Shown: positions 22,144 to 32,408 of the stretch, piece after piece
Layout of the letters: each line of letters starts with the position of its first letter
How positions within the stretch are numbered: position 1 is the stretch's first letter
Virus record (IMG/VR): IMGVR_UViG_3300035703_000009
Span: 124,001 to 188,000 of that record
Reading direction: 5' to 3' (one strand)
Length of the DNA stretch: 64,000 nt
Made by a program: the position numbers and the translations under genes
The notes under the pieces: generated by a model
Databases searched by the model: none
What the model was told of the DNA's origin: nothing
The model's input: the letters and a program-made list of their open reading frames with translations, nothing else

Positions 22144-23466
22144 TCACTGCTTACTGATCACCTTGGTGCTAGAGTCTACCCTAGATGCCAAGGTAAACTG
22201 ACCTCGGTTCACTAAGCACTCACGAAGTTCGGCATTGATCTTCTTTTCTGCTGGATTATCAAGATAGCTTGAGCTAATCTCATTCAAGTCTCCCAAATAA
22301 TTACAATCGAGTAGCTTTGAGCTCTTAATAAAGTTGTTTGAAAAGATGGTGCACTCAGAGAGTTTTGAGTTCTTTACCGTGCAGCCCTCAAAAAGACATA
22401 GCTTAGCATCAGCTGACACAGTACACTGATAGAATTCCACTCCCTCAATGAGCATGCCTCTGGAGACTTGAGCATCCTTTACTTGCAGTGCCTTGCGACG
22501 CCCATCATAATTGATGACTCCCTCAGTCACTCCTCCGCCTAGGACCAGCTTAAAGAGCTTTTCCCTCAAGAGGTCATAGTTTGCCTCAATGATGCGTGAG
22601 TCGTTCCTTAGATCCACATAGATCTCTAAGTTAGGGTACTTGGAGCGAAAGTTAAGATAACTCTTAGTCGCATCAATCGCGTTCTTAAAGTTTTCAGTCA
22701 GAGTATAGATCTGTCTTCTTTCCTCGATCGAGTACTCATAGTTGTTAGAAAGAGTGGCACATAGGTGTTCGATCACGAGGTTGATTGAGTCGACTGCCTC
22801 TTGCTTTTTGGCTTGATAGTCCTTACCTGCAATGTACTTGATTATCATGGTGTCACGGTCGATCTCTGAAAAGTCGTTTGCAAAAAAGTCAGAGGTAGGG
22901 AAGCTAAACTCAATTGGACTCATGCGTTCCACCAACCTCTCGGTCACGACCGTTGAAAAAAGGTTCTTGGGTTGAATGTAAGAAATCTGGTTGGTGTAAA
23001 CGTGACCGCTCTCGTTTGAGCTGGCCGGCCACCATTCAAATAATTGCTTTTCGTTGAGCCCAAGCAAGTACTTAAACTTGTTTAGAGAGTGAACTTTCGT
23101 CGGCAGACCGACACCATCCGTATTAAGCCGGATCTTCGTCGTCACTGCACATCGAGAAGTCGTGTAACCAATAGATTCGATCAGGTTCATCATCTTAAGC
23201 AGCATGTGAACTGCCTCCTGATAAGGCATGAAACCCGTCGATAAGCTGGACTCTTTATAGCTATTTGAATAGACTGGAGCCAGCTTAAATGACTCGTGAG
23301 TAGGTTCGAACTGATAGTTGATGTCAGTCGACCACTTCACGCCTTTACCAAGGGCTCGTGAGAGCTTGGCTGCAAGCTCACGCTTGTTCATTGGGGTAAA
23401 AAACTCAAAAACGAAGGCCAGTTGTGAATTATCGTAAATCTCTTTGCTAGTGATAGCTTTAAACAT
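22144..23466 (-). CDS. Degenerate COOH-NH2 ligase (amidoligase)-like protein with C-terminal beta-helix
   Basis: AFVFEFF and GYTTSRCAVTTKI align by eye with the GxEFE and T..CGxHxH motifs but lack catalytic residues. Confidence 0.4.
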   Translation of the reverse strand: MFKAITSKEIYDNSQLAFVFEFFTPMNKRELAAKLSRALGKGVKWSTDINYQFEPTHESFKLAPVYSNSYKESSLSTGFMPYQEAVHMLLKMMNLIESIGYTTSRCAVTTKIRLNTDGVGLPTKVHSLNKFKYLLGLNEKQLFEWWPASSNESGHVYTNQISYIQPKNLFSTVVTERLVERMSPIEFSFPTSDFFANDFSEIDRDTMIIKYIAGKDYQAKKQEAVDSINLVIEHLCATLSNNYEYSIEERRQIYTLTENFKNAIDATKSYLNFRSKYPNLEIYVDLRNDSRIIEANYDLLREKLFKLVLGGGVTEGVINYDGRRKALQVKDAQVSRGMLIEGVEFYQCTVSADAKLCLFEGCTVKNSKLSECTIFSNNFIKSSKLLDCNYLGDLNEISSSYLDNPAEKKINAELRECLVNRGQFTLASRVDSSTKVISKQ

Positions 23467-23496
23467 GAGAAGCGTTCTTTATTCTATTTATACGAA

Positions 23497-23522
23497 AAAT
23501 GGGCCCCAATTAGGGCCCATTT
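23497..23522 (-). terminator. Intrinsic terminator downstream of the small lipoprotein gene
   Basis: AAATGGGCCC-caatta-GGGCCCATTT hairpin followed by a U-run on the minus strand. Confidence 0.65.
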
Positions 23523-23542
23523 AGATTCGGTGCGTTTCTGAA

Positions 23543-23722
23543 TTACTTGGCAGCTGTAGTATCGACTACAGTAACTGTGTCAACTGCTACCGGAGAGGCA
23601 GTATCAACAGCAACCGCAGTAGAATCAGCAGCAGTAGCATCAACAGTTGCGTCTGTTTTGCTTGTGCATGAAGCTACAGCCAAAACGACAAACAACGCGA
23701 AAAGAACAGTGATCTTCTTCAT
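23543..23722 (-). CDS. Small lipoprotein (59 aa, not in the ORF track)
   Basis: MKKITVLFALFVVLAVASC lipobox followed by an Asp/Thr/Ala/Val-rich tail. Confidence 0.75.
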   Translation of the reverse strand: MKKITVLFALFVVLAVASCTSKTDATVDATAADSTAVAVDTASPVAVDTVTVVDTTAAK

Positions 23723-23759
23723 TAGTGTTGGTTATTTTTAAAGGTACAAATAGTCCCAG

Positions 23760-24197
23760 TGGACCCGTCGGGAATCGAACCCGAGTCTTGCTCAGCAAAT
23801 CCAGAGGACTCATTCACAGGCTTAGTCAGTTTTACGACTCTGACAACCGTTTTGGTTTTCTGGGTAGTTTTTATGGTGAGTTTCCTTCTCACCCTCATGA
23901 CGGCTTTCTACATACCTACACGTCTATCCGTAGTGTCTTTGTCAACGATTTCGCCCCCTATATGTCGTTGATCTGGAACGCCCGTGGTCAGCCACAGCTA
24001 TTAAGGGAGCCCTTCCAAGCTTGCACATTTGCTTTCGAAGGGTAAGTGCGACCCATTGCTTACGCGGCTATCGCCATTTCAGCACCAACAAAAGAGTTGC
24101 CGTTTAAATGATTCGATAGGGGATTAAAGAGCTTCCATCTAGCTCTGCCTGCATCATCTCAAAGAACCTAGCTGCCAATCAATTCCTGGTCGAGCCC
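23760..24197 (-). ncRNA. ssrA: tmRNA; tag peptide (A)GNSFVGAEMAIAA* at 24101..24060
   Basis: 5' GGGCTCG pairs with 3' CGGGTCC-A including the G3:U alanine determinant; T-arm TCGGG-TTCGATT-CCCGA; internal tag frame ends in AA-stop. Confidence 0.92.
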
Positions 24198-24290
24198 AAT
24201 TAAATAGATCTTTTTTATCTATTTAGAGTATTTTACCTAAAAGTACTAAATTGGTTTTATGAGTATAAATAAACTAAAGACTAAAAGTTA

Positions 24291-25952
24291 ATGGCAAGTG
24301 CAATTGACAATTTTAAGGTCCTCAATCGACTCAGCATCTATATTGAGGACATCATGGGTCAGACCATCTCATACCTGTCTAATAGATTTAGCCAAAGTAA
24401 GACCGTGTTCACGGCAGCTTCGCCATTCGGTCAGTTGCTACTGGTGGTGGAAAACCTGACACAATTAGTGTTTTACTATATTGAGGACTCCATCACTGAG
24501 TTGAACATAAACGAGGCAACGAGGTTGACTTCAGTGTACTCATTAGCCGCTCTTTCTGGACATAACCCAAGCAGAGCGGTATCTGCGGTCGGTGAGATCA
24601 GTCTAAAGACTAAGCCTGAGGTCATTGACGCTCCATACGACTTTGCGATCATTGCTAACTTAACTAAGCTCGCATGCTTAAACAACGGCTTGACATACAT
24701 ACTCGACCTACCACAGGACGAGCTCAGGTTTCAATTGAACGGAGCCAACGATGGGATCAGGATGACAGTTCGTCAGGGAATCATCGAGACCCAGACAGTG
24801 ACTGCACAGGGAATCCCAACCGATAGCTTCTCGATCGGCAGTCCACAGAACTTCTACGTTGATAACTTCTACGTCAACGTTTACGTAAACGGAGAAAAGT
24901 GGACTCGTTACGACTCAATATTAGACATGCCACGCGGAGAAAAGGCATACCTAGTTAAGACCGGAATCACGAGCGGCATCGACCTATTTTTCGGAAATGG
25001 AAACTATGGCCTGATTCCACCAAAGGGAGCAGAGATCGCAGTCGAATACTTGGTGACAGAGGGAGCAAACGGTAACATCAGAACCAACGATCCATCTAAG
25101 ATCCAATTCGAGTTCGTCGACACAGGCTTTAGCATATTAGGCGACGAAATCGACCTAAACCAATACATTACCATCGATCCTACTCATGCACCTTTCTTTG
25201 GGGCTAACCCAGAAGACTCTGCTTTGACTAGGCTCATTGCTCCAAGAATGTCGAAGAGCTTTGCTCTAGTCAATGCCGATCACTATGAAGTGCTGCTTAG
25301 AAAGCTAAAGCTCTTCTCAACAGTAAACGTCTATCTCGACCCGGAAGATAATCGTGTGCTCGATCTTTTCCTGATTCCAGACATCAGAAAGACTTTTAAT
25401 ACTGGACAAGACTATTTTACGGCTGAACTGAACCGTTTCCTACTTACTGATTACCAAAAAAATGAGCTCTTACGCTACATCGAAAAGTCAGGTTCTAAGC
25501 TGATTTCAACAGACATACGTATCGTTGATCCGATTCCAAGCCAATATGTGCTTAACATCTCGACCATTCTATTTGATGACATTGACATCGAGATCATCAA
25601 ACGCGACATCTTAAATGCTCTTGGTACATTCTTTATTCAAAACACTCGCCGTAATAGGATTCCTAAGAGCGACCTGATCAAGATAGTCGAAGGAGTGAAT
25701 GGAGTCGACTCAGTCTCTATTTACATCGTCTCCAAAAAGAACGAGGATGCAAAGAAGCTAAATGTTTCAGCGACAACAGTCGGACTTGACGAGTTCAATG
25801 ACATCGTGACAGAAAACAATGAACTACCCATAATCAAAGGCGGGTTCTCAGATCTATATGGAAATGCGTATGCGGACGGTCTGCCTGAAGACGCTCTCGG
25901 AGCAGTAAACATCCAGGTAAAATCGATAGTACCTCGTCCAAAAATCAAGTAA
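24291..25952 (+). CDS. Baseplate wedge protein (T4 gp6-like)
   Basis: A...SVYSLAALSGHNP.R, FFGNG.YG.IP..G..I.VEYL.T.GANGN and ALVNADHY patterns. Confidence 0.75.
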   Translation: MASAIDNFKVLNRLSIYIEDIMGQTISYLSNRFSQSKTVFTAASPFGQLLLVVENLTQLVFYYIEDSITELNINEATRLTSVYSLAALSGHNPSRAVSAVGEISLKTKPEVIDAPYDFAIIANLTKLACLNNGLTYILDLPQDELRFQLNGANDGIRMTVRQGIIETQTVTAQGIPTDSFSIGSPQNFYVDNFYVNVYVNGEKWTRYDSILDMPRGEKAYLVKTGITSGIDLFFGNGNYGLIPPKGAEIAVEYLVTEGANGNIRTNDPSKIQFEFVDTGFSILGDEIDLNQYITIDPTHAPFFGANPEDSALTRLIAPRMSKSFALVNADHYEVLLRKLKLFSTVNVYLDPEDNRVLDLFLIPDIRKTFNTGQDYFTAELNRFLLTDYQKNELLRYIEKSGSKLISTDIRIVDPIPSQYVLNISTILFDDIDIEIIKRDILNALGTFFIQNTRRNRIPKSDLIKIVEGVNGVDSVSIYIVSKKNEDAKKLNVSATTVGLDEFNDIVTENNELPIIKGGFSDLYGNAYADGLPEDALGAVNIQVKSIVPRPKIK

Positions 25953-25954
25953 CC

Positions 25955-26200
25955 ATGGTAAAAGACAGCATATTCAGACCCATTTACAGTCGTCGAGAAA
26001 AGAGACTAAACCTAGGCTTTCAGTACAAGGGACAGATCCTTAAAAAGACCCTTTCTGGCCAGATGTTTGGCGCCAATGATCTATTAGACACATACCTTGC
26101 TAAGGTCGAAAGCATAGTATATGAGTGGGTGGAAGCAGTAAAGCAAATAAAAATAAACGCAAATCCTGCTCTTGACAAATACGAAAGCAAGATTCGTTAA
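25955..26200 (+). CDS. Small hypothetical baseplate-associated protein
   Basis: 81-aa ORF coupled to the wedge gene. Confidence 0.5.
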   Translation: MVKDSIFRPIYSRREKRLNLGFQYKGQILKKTLSGQMFGANDLLDTYLAKVESIVYEWVEAVKQIKINANPALDKYESKIR

Positions 26201-26209
26201 TTCGACTAT

Positions 26210-26938
26210 ATGGCAAAACAGAAACCAGGCATGAGCCGAGAAAATAGAGCGCATCTTAGGGACGAGATCTCTTCTCTCCTAAGCTCAATCGGCCAAGAAA
26301 ATCACGAAGAGCTCGTCGTGGACCAGGAGGTATCACAAGAGTTAAAAAAGGAAAGTCCTTATGACTTTGAGGAGATAAGCGCGCAGTTTACAAAAAAAGC
26401 TAGGGACATCACTGACTCTCTTTTTAAGAACTTCGTCGATATAGGCGTGTTTGAAGACAACGATTATGCTCGCCATAAAAAAGAGATCGACACGATCAAC
26501 ATCTCAAACCTTTTCTTCCAATTAAAGACTCTCAAGATAACGATTATCAAGGTGATGGAGGAAATAACCTCAGGTAACACGCATCCACGTCTCATCGAGG
26601 TGATGGGTCAGTTACAAGACAAGATGGCCGACATCACGAAAATGCAGGCAAACTATATCATCTTTCTCGAAGAGACCTATCAAAAGCTTAATCGTGAAAA
26701 ACCAGCAAACGCAGACTCAACTAAGGTAGGCTCTAGTCCAGACGAAGGTCAATACTTTATCACGATCGGTACCAAGAACGCAATCAAGAGCCTTCCAAAC
26801 GCTGGCCAGAAACCATATAAAGAATACGATCAATCTTTAATTGATCCCAGTCGCAAGGCCGATCTGATGCGTGAACGCAACATTCAGATCCAAGAGGACG
26901 ATACTGAAGACTTTATCGACCTTACTGAAATAATATAA
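26210..26938 (+). CDS. Hypothetical protein, possible terminase small subunit
   Basis: Helical protein immediately upstream of terL; HPRLIEV motif. Confidence 0.4.
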   Translation: MAKQKPGMSRENRAHLRDEISSLLSSIGQENHEELVVDQEVSQELKKESPYDFEEISAQFTKKARDITDSLFKNFVDIGVFEDNDYARHKKEIDTINISNLFFQLKTLKITIIKVMEEITSGNTHPRLIEVMGQLQDKMADITKMQANYIIFLEETYQKLNREKPANADSTKVGSSPDEGQYFITIGTKNAIKSLPNAGQKPYKEYDQSLIDPSRKADLMRERNIQIQEDDTEDFIDLTEII

Positions 26939-26941
26939 TGT

Positions 26942-28918
26942 ATGAGAGATGTAATGTCAAATAGGGGGGCTTTTGTCTCTCGTAAAATATCAGCCATGAG
27001 CGGTGGAGATGATGACATCAATACTTCAGTGTGGACTTCCCTTCGAATCAATAAGCTGCTTGAGGAAATCGAGAATGGACTCGACATCAAGGGCTTACAT
27101 AACTCGCCGTTCAAGGACAACGACATCAACCTAAAGCGTGCAGGCCTACCATTTGAGTACACTCCAGAAGAGTGGGAAGAGTTGCGTAGGTGTAAAGAAG
27201 ACATCATCTACTTTGCATATAATTACTGCAACATCCAGACCAATAACGGAATCATGCTCATTAAAGACACAATGGGCTTACGCGACTTTCAAGAGCAGAT
27301 CTTGCAGTCATTTGATGCGAATCGACTAAACATCCTAATGGCCAGTCGTCAAATAGGTAAGTCCGTGACATCTGCTATCTTCATCCTTTGGTTTAGCCTA
27401 TTCAATCCAGAAAAGACTTCGCTGATCGTTGCAGATAACTTTGTCACCACCAAGGAGCTCTTAGATAAGCTAAAGATCTCTCTTGAAGGTCTTCCGTTCT
27501 TCATGAAACCAGGCATCAAGCTCATCAACTCTGGAACGATCAAATTCGATAACGATAGCCGTGTGGTTGCAAGAACGACCACTAAGAAATCAGGTATCGG
27601 TCTCACTGTGAACTTGCTGTACATGGACGAGTTTGCCCACATTGACCCAACCAAGCTCGATGAGTTCTATCGCGCGATATTTCCAACGGTCACGGCCGAC
27701 CCTAATGCAAAGATAATCATCACGTCCACACCAAACGGTAAGAACAAGTTTTGGGAGATTTGGACCGATGCTGTCGAGGGTAGAACAAGTTACGTGCCGA
27801 TTCGAGTGGACTGGTGGCAGGTTCCAGGCAGGGATGAGAAGTGGAAACAGGAGACCATTGCTGACCTTGGCTCAGTTGAAGACTTTAACCAAGAATACGG
27901 TCTACAGTTCTTCTCTTCTGACCAATTGCTCCTGGGGTCAAACGAGCTAAAGAAGATCTATAACATCCGAACCAATTACGAGAACTCCAGATTCACGCTG
28001 GACGAAGATCGTGCCTACATCAATGACTATCTAACCTTACATCCAAAGTATGCCAGACGAACGATCACTGACTTTAGGAATGACTCATCGAACTACCTAT
28101 TCACTATTGACACAGCAGACGGAGTCGGTGGTGACTATTCGGTGCTAAACATATTTAAGGCAGTCGCAATGCCGTTGTCAGAATTAATAAAGAAAAAAGA
28201 GTCCATTCGTAGCGAGATCGATACTGTGTCGCTAGTACAGGTCGGTACCTTTCGTACCAATGATCTTGACATCAACCAGTTCTCAGCGGCAGCTGAGTAC
28301 ATCATTTATAAGATCTTCAATCCTGAAAAGTGTAGGATCGTGTTAGAGATGAACCACAAGGGAGAGATCGTGTACAATAGGTTCTCAGACAACCCAAATT
28401 GTTGGACAGGACAGTTTGTTCATACCAAGCACACCGAGATGGCAGTAAACGTCAAATTAGGTCTGCGACTCGGGCCAACCAATAAGATCAAGTACTGCGA
28501 ACGATTCAAGTATCTAGCCACAATCAATAAGATCATTCCAAACGAATACTTGACCATCATGGAGCTAATGGCGTTCGGTAAGTCTAAGGGCGGAGTCTAT
28601 CGAGGTCAAAACGGTAATGACGACTTGGCAATGACATGCGTCAACCTAGCACCTCTATTCGATACTCAGCAGTTCTGGGACATTGCTTTCGATACCTATG
28701 AAAATTCTCCAGAAGCATACCGTAAGGAGGTAAAAGAAAAGATATTTGACGTGTACCGTGAAAACGGGTCAAAAAGTTTGTATGATTTTGATAGATTGAA
28801 ACAGTTAAATCATCTAAAGGATTCAGAGACCGGCAACTTTAAGATCTTACCAAACGTTTTTGACCTAACCTCATTAGAACACATGAAAAAAATTCAAAAT
28901 AAATTTTTTAAGTCATAA
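26942..28918 (+). CDS. terL: Terminase large subunit (T4 gp17-like)
   Basis: SRQIGKS Walker A, LLYMDEFAH Walker B, ITSTPNG coupling motif, nuclease IDTADGVGGDYS and NDDLAM. Confidence 0.95.
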   Translation: MRDVMSNRGAFVSRKISAMSGGDDDINTSVWTSLRINKLLEEIENGLDIKGLHNSPFKDNDINLKRAGLPFEYTPEEWEELRRCKEDIIYFAYNYCNIQTNNGIMLIKDTMGLRDFQEQILQSFDANRLNILMASRQIGKSVTSAIFILWFSLFNPEKTSLIVADNFVTTKELLDKLKISLEGLPFFMKPGIKLINSGTIKFDNDSRVVARTTTKKSGIGLTVNLLYMDEFAHIDPTKLDEFYRAIFPTVTADPNAKIIITSTPNGKNKFWEIWTDAVEGRTSYVPIRVDWWQVPGRDEKWKQETIADLGSVEDFNQEYGLQFFSSDQLLLGSNELKKIYNIRTNYENSRFTLDEDRAYINDYLTLHPKYARRTITDFRNDSSNYLFTIDTADGVGGDYSVLNIFKAVAMPLSELIKKKESIRSEIDTVSLVQVGTFRTNDLDINQFSAAAEYIIYKIFNPEKCRIVLEMNHKGEIVYNRFSDNPNCWTGQFVHTKHTEMAVNVKLGLRLGPTNKIKYCERFKYLATINKIIPNEYLTIMELMAFGKSKGGVYRGQNGNDDLAMTCVNLAPLFDTQQFWDIAFDTYENSPEAYRKEVKEKIFDVYRENGSKSLYDFDRLKQLNHLKDSETGNFKILPNVFDLTSLEHMKKIQNKFFKS

Positions 28919-28951
28919 ATTATTTAGTATAGTATAACACTAGTAGCGACT

Positions 28952-29269
28952 ATGAAATCACTCAAGTTTAACGGCGACATCACACTAGAAGAAGTATTCA
29001 ACGAGCACAAGGCGTTGATCTATGATAGTGTTGTGCACTCAATTAAAGAAAATTTATCTTCATCTAATTCAGATGATGTACCCATAATCGGTATCACTAT
29101 CAATCAAGTCGAATATTCCATCAACCTGGGTCGAGATAAGTTTGATCGATCCTTAGCGCAAGCTATCTCTTTTTATGAGGAGCTTGAGGAATATGAGAAG
29201 TGTCAAATGTGCCTAACTCTTAAACAAGAACTTAAAAAAAATAAAGAAAAAGCCGCCAATGGGATTTGA
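28952..29269 (+). CDS. Hypothetical protein with UVR-like EEYEKC motif
   Basis: [14 protein letters not shown]. Confidence 0.55.
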   Translation: MKSLKFNGDITLEEVFNEHKALIYDSVVHSIKENLSSSNSDDVPIIGITINQVEYSINLGRDKFDRSLAQAISFYEELEEYEKCQMCLTLKQELKKNKEKAANGI

Positions 29270-29882
29270 AGAAACTAACCTAAGAAACAATGCACGCATC
29301 CAAGAAATCGCAGAAAAACTACTAACTGACGCAATTACCGAAAAAGAACGTAATGAGCTAGTCACGTTAATCTCACCTAAACTCAAGTATTTCATTTGGA
29401 AGTATTGCAAAAACGAATTTGACACCGAGGAATCCCTACAGTGGGCCCTAAAAAGAATCTTTAAAAACATCTCTCAATTCAACTTTAACAAGGGCAGGTT
29501 TACTACGTGGATCTTTACCATTGCCCGTAATGAGACACTCTATTACCTTTTCTACAAGAAAAAGTACGCATGTCATGACATAGATGTCTGTCGCTCAGCA
29601 ACTGACAGACCTGATACTTCAGTCGACACTTTTGCGAACAATGTCGATATTGCCGAGCTATATTCAAAAACTCTCGAAGAGATCCATAAGCTCGAGGATC
29701 CTATTCTAAAGAACATCGCGATCGACAAGATGATAAATCTACACCGCGTAAAAGAGATTGCCGACCGCTACTCAATGAATGAAAATACAGTAAAGACTAA
29801 GCTGCGCAAGATCAGAGTCGATATAAAAACAGCGGTGTTGAAAAATAATCCACATCTAGAAGAAAAAATCGAGTTCATATGA
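29259..29882 (+). CDS. Phage RNA polymerase sigma factor (sigma-70/ECF-like)
   Basis: Region 2 [16 protein letters not shown]; region 4 [26 protein letters not shown]. Confidence 0.85.
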   Translation: MGFEETNLRNNARIQEIAEKLLTDAITEKERNELVTLISPKLKYFIWKYCKNEFDTEESLQWALKRIFKNISQFNFNKGRFTTWIFTIARNETLYYLFYKKKYACHDIDVCRSATDRPDTSVDTFANNVDIAELYSKTLEEIHKLEDPILKNIAIDKMINLHRVKEIADRYSMNENTVKTKLRKIRVDIKTAVLKNNPHLEEKIEFI

Positions 29883-30352
29883 AATTAAAAGAATTAAACC
29901 CAAAAATAGCTTATCACGAGCTTATCGAGTGCTTGGATGAATTCAAGCTCTATAAAAAATACAAGCAAATAATCTCAGATCTTCAGCAAGAAGGTCGACT
30001 TGAGGAAATAGGTTTCTCAGTAGATGATGACGCAAACCTTTACTTAGGAATTAATCTCAATCCAGAGTTGCTCATGTACTCTGAAACCTCACAAGAATCA
30101 GTTGAGTTAAGGCTCGTGAGCGAGAAAATGGGAAAGTATAACGACTTTTTGACCAAAGAAGGAATCCTAGACTCAGTGAAAATGGATTATGATAGAGTAA
30201 AGAATGACCAGTTTTACGGTTATGTCTTAAGGATCTCATTCAAATTTAAGAAGTACTCTGAGCAAAAATATAAAAGGTCAATCGCCCACCTAGTAGTAGC
30301 TGCTGCTCTCGCAGTAGGCGCCATAGTTACCACTGCTCTTCTACTCTTTTAA
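29879..30352 (+). CDS. Hypothetical protein with C-terminal membrane anchor
   Basis: C-terminal hydrophobic helix. Confidence 0.6.
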   Translation: MKLKELNPKIAYHELIECLDEFKLYKKYKQIISDLQQEGRLEEIGFSVDDDANLYLGINLNPELLMYSETSQESVELRLVSEKMGKYNDFLTKEGILDSVKMDYDRVKNDQFYGYVLRISFKFKKYSEQKYKRSIAHLVVAAALAVGAIVTTALLLF

Positions 30353-30369
30353 AATAAATAAATTAAACT

Positions 30370-30672
30370 ATGAACACAATCATCACATTCTTAAAAGACA
30401 ACGCGTGGAAAGTATCAACCGTTGTTTTCTTGCTCTTATTTTTATCAAAGGGCTGCACTAACACTAAACTTACCAAGCTAGAAGAAAAGACGATTTGTCT
30501 ACAACGCAAAGTCGATTCTCTACAGTCAGACATTAGCTCTCGCCCAAGTAAAAAAGACGTGCGTGATGAAATGGAAAGAGTCATGTTTGACTATCTCATC
30601 TATGAAGATGACTTAGACAAGGGAAAGACTAGCTTATCTGAAATCAAGAATAAAATCCAATCAAATGACTAA
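30370..30672 (+). CDS. Membrane-anchored or lipoprotein coiled-coil protein (spanin-like?)
   Basis: Hydrophobic N-terminus ending LSKGC, then a coiled coil. Confidence 0.45.
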   Translation: MNTIITFLKDNAWKVSTVVFLLLFLSKGCTNTKLTKLEEKTICLQRKVDSLQSDISSRPSKKDVRDEMERVMFDYLIYEDDLDKGKTSLSEIKNKIQSND

Positions 30673-31453
30673 TTGGTTAAAAAATAACAAAAAGACTGTA
30701 ATTAGGTTAGCCTTCCTGATCCCGATCATATCAGTCGCGATGATTTCTATCTCGCATGTTATTGGCTGGTATGACTTGGCAAACCCTGCGACTTGGGCCA
30801 TCTACCTATCAGTCGCTGTTGAGATCGCAGCCATGTCTGCAATCGCAGCAGCATCTGTCAGGATCAAGGGATTCTCTGTGTGGTTCGTGTTTGGAATAGT
30901 GACTCTCATCCAGTTCATTGGAAACATCTACTTTAGTTACGTTGAGATCGACGTCACTTCACAGGGATTCAAAGACTGGATGGACTTAATTGCCCCAATC
31001 ACCGATGCCATGGGCAGCAGTGCAGAAGACATAGTCGCTCAGCGTAGATTCTTAGCGATATTAGAGGGCGGACTATTGCCGCTAATATCGTTGACCTGCT
31101 TACACTTCTTCATTGGATACGGTGAAGGTCAAGAGAGCCAGGTTCCAATCCCATCCGAGCCAACTACTGACTCTACTCCGACTGATACCCTTCCTGAGAA
31201 AGAACCGATTGACTCTCCTCAAGAAGTTTCAAATGAAGCAGACTCTACTACGAATATTGAGCAAACTCCTCAAATAGATAGTATAGAGGAGACTGTTGAA
31301 TCTAGTCCGATAAATGATGGAACAGTTCCAATGGAACCAGTAGATGACTCAGAAATGGTGGACTACTTACAGAAGCCAGAGGAACCTGCCAGATCTATCG
31401 GAGTGAAAGTAGAGCAGTTGAGCCAAAAGATGAAAAAAATCCTAGGTAAATGA
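30665..31453 (+). CDS. Multi-pass membrane protein with acidic tail
   Basis: Four hydrophobic helices followed by a P/E/D/S/T-rich C-terminus. Confidence 0.65.
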   Translation: MTNWLKNNKKTVIRLAFLIPIISVAMISISHVIGWYDLANPATWAIYLSVAVEIAAMSAIAAASVRIKGFSVWFVFGIVTLIQFIGNIYFSYVEIDVTSQGFKDWMDLIAPITDAMGSSAEDIVAQRRFLAILEGGLLPLISLTCLHFFIGYGEGQESQVPIPSEPTTDSTPTDTLPEKEPIDSPQEVSNEADSTTNIEQTPQIDSIEETVESSPINDGTVPMEPVDDSEMVDYLQKPEEPARSIGVKVEQLSQKMKKILGK

Positions 31454-31983
31454 TTAACCTAAATGAAGTATGCGATTGTTGTGGAGGAACCGAATCCCAA
31501 CCGATACTCCAGTTATTTGATGATCGCTGCTTTAGAGTGGTCGAGGGAAAGGACGTACACGGAGAGTTTTGTTTAAAAGACTTTGCTTTTCCAGCAGACG
31601 GCTATTCTTGTATTGGACTAAACGTTGATACTGATGGCGGAGAGATCCTTATATTTGATAATAAGCTTGATACCCTTTCACCAAGTTCAGAGCTGATCTC
31701 CGGAGAGCTATACGCTCGCGGAATACTGATTCGTATCGTCTATCCTACTTACGATAACAACGGTGAAAGCCTAACCTTGGCAGACAAGAGCATGAAACTG
31801 TACATTGAAAACGGCGAGTCACTTGCTGGAATCGAGCTTCCTTTGTATGACCTTTTCACCATGTTTACCAATCCAAAGTCAAATAAGACAAGCGAGCTAA
31901 TAAATAAAATAAAGGTCGTCAATCCTAGCACCAAGTTCAAGATTCGAGTTGTTGCCCTGGTGATTTACGGCAAAGCTGACTAA
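31450..31983 (+). CDS. Hypothetical structural protein
   Basis: 177-aa ORF in the late operon. Confidence 0.55.
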   Translation: MINLNEVCDCCGGTESQPILQLFDDRCFRVVEGKDVHGEFCLKDFAFPADGYSCIGLNVDTDGGEILIFDNKLDTLSPSSELISGELYARGILIRIVYPTYDNNGESLTLADKSMKLYIENGESLAGIELPLYDLFTMFTNPKSNKTSELINKIKVVNPSTKFKIRVVALVIYGKAD

Positions 31984-31997
31984 AATAATATCACATA

Positions 31998-32408
31998 ATG
32001 ACTCAAACTGGCTTTGAACTAATTGAACTGACTGCAGGAATAAACTATTCTCCTACTTTCGTTAGTACTGATAAAAGACTTCCTGCAAATGAAAAGACAA
32101 CTATTGGTTACTATCAGATCGGCGAGGTTGCACAATATGGATTTGCGCACGGTCCAGTTTTCAAGATAGAGTTCGTAAACCTATCAAGCATTGCTACTGC
32201 AACTCACGTGAAGATATGGGGACTCGGCAATCAAGATGATGCTGCTCCGCTCTATCCGATCACTTATTTTAACCCAAGTTACGGTAACACTAAGATCGCC
32301 ATATGGTTAAAGAAATTTGAGTTTTGTGATAACGCAGGAAATCCAATAGAGGAAACCAATTACACAGTAGTCGGTTATAAAAAGAAAGCGATGCCGCTAG
32401 CTTGGTAA
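31998..32408 (+). CDS. Hypothetical protein
   Basis: 136-aa ORF. Confidence 0.55.
   Translation: MTQTGFELIELTAGINYSPTFVSTDKRLPANEKTTIGYYQIGEVAQYGFAHGPVFKIEFVNLSSIATATHVKIWGLGNQDDAAPLYPITYFNPSYGNTKIAIWLKKFEFCDNAGNPIEETNYTVVGYKKKAMPLAW

Noticed and set aside
23725-24045. Plus-strand ORFs 23725..24045, 23759..23971 and 23547..23741
   Set aside because: These are antisense shadows of the tmRNA and lipoprotein genes.
26942-28918. Intein or intron in terL, ligase or thyA
   Set aside because: The frames are continuous and show no splice-junction or homing-endonuclease motifs.
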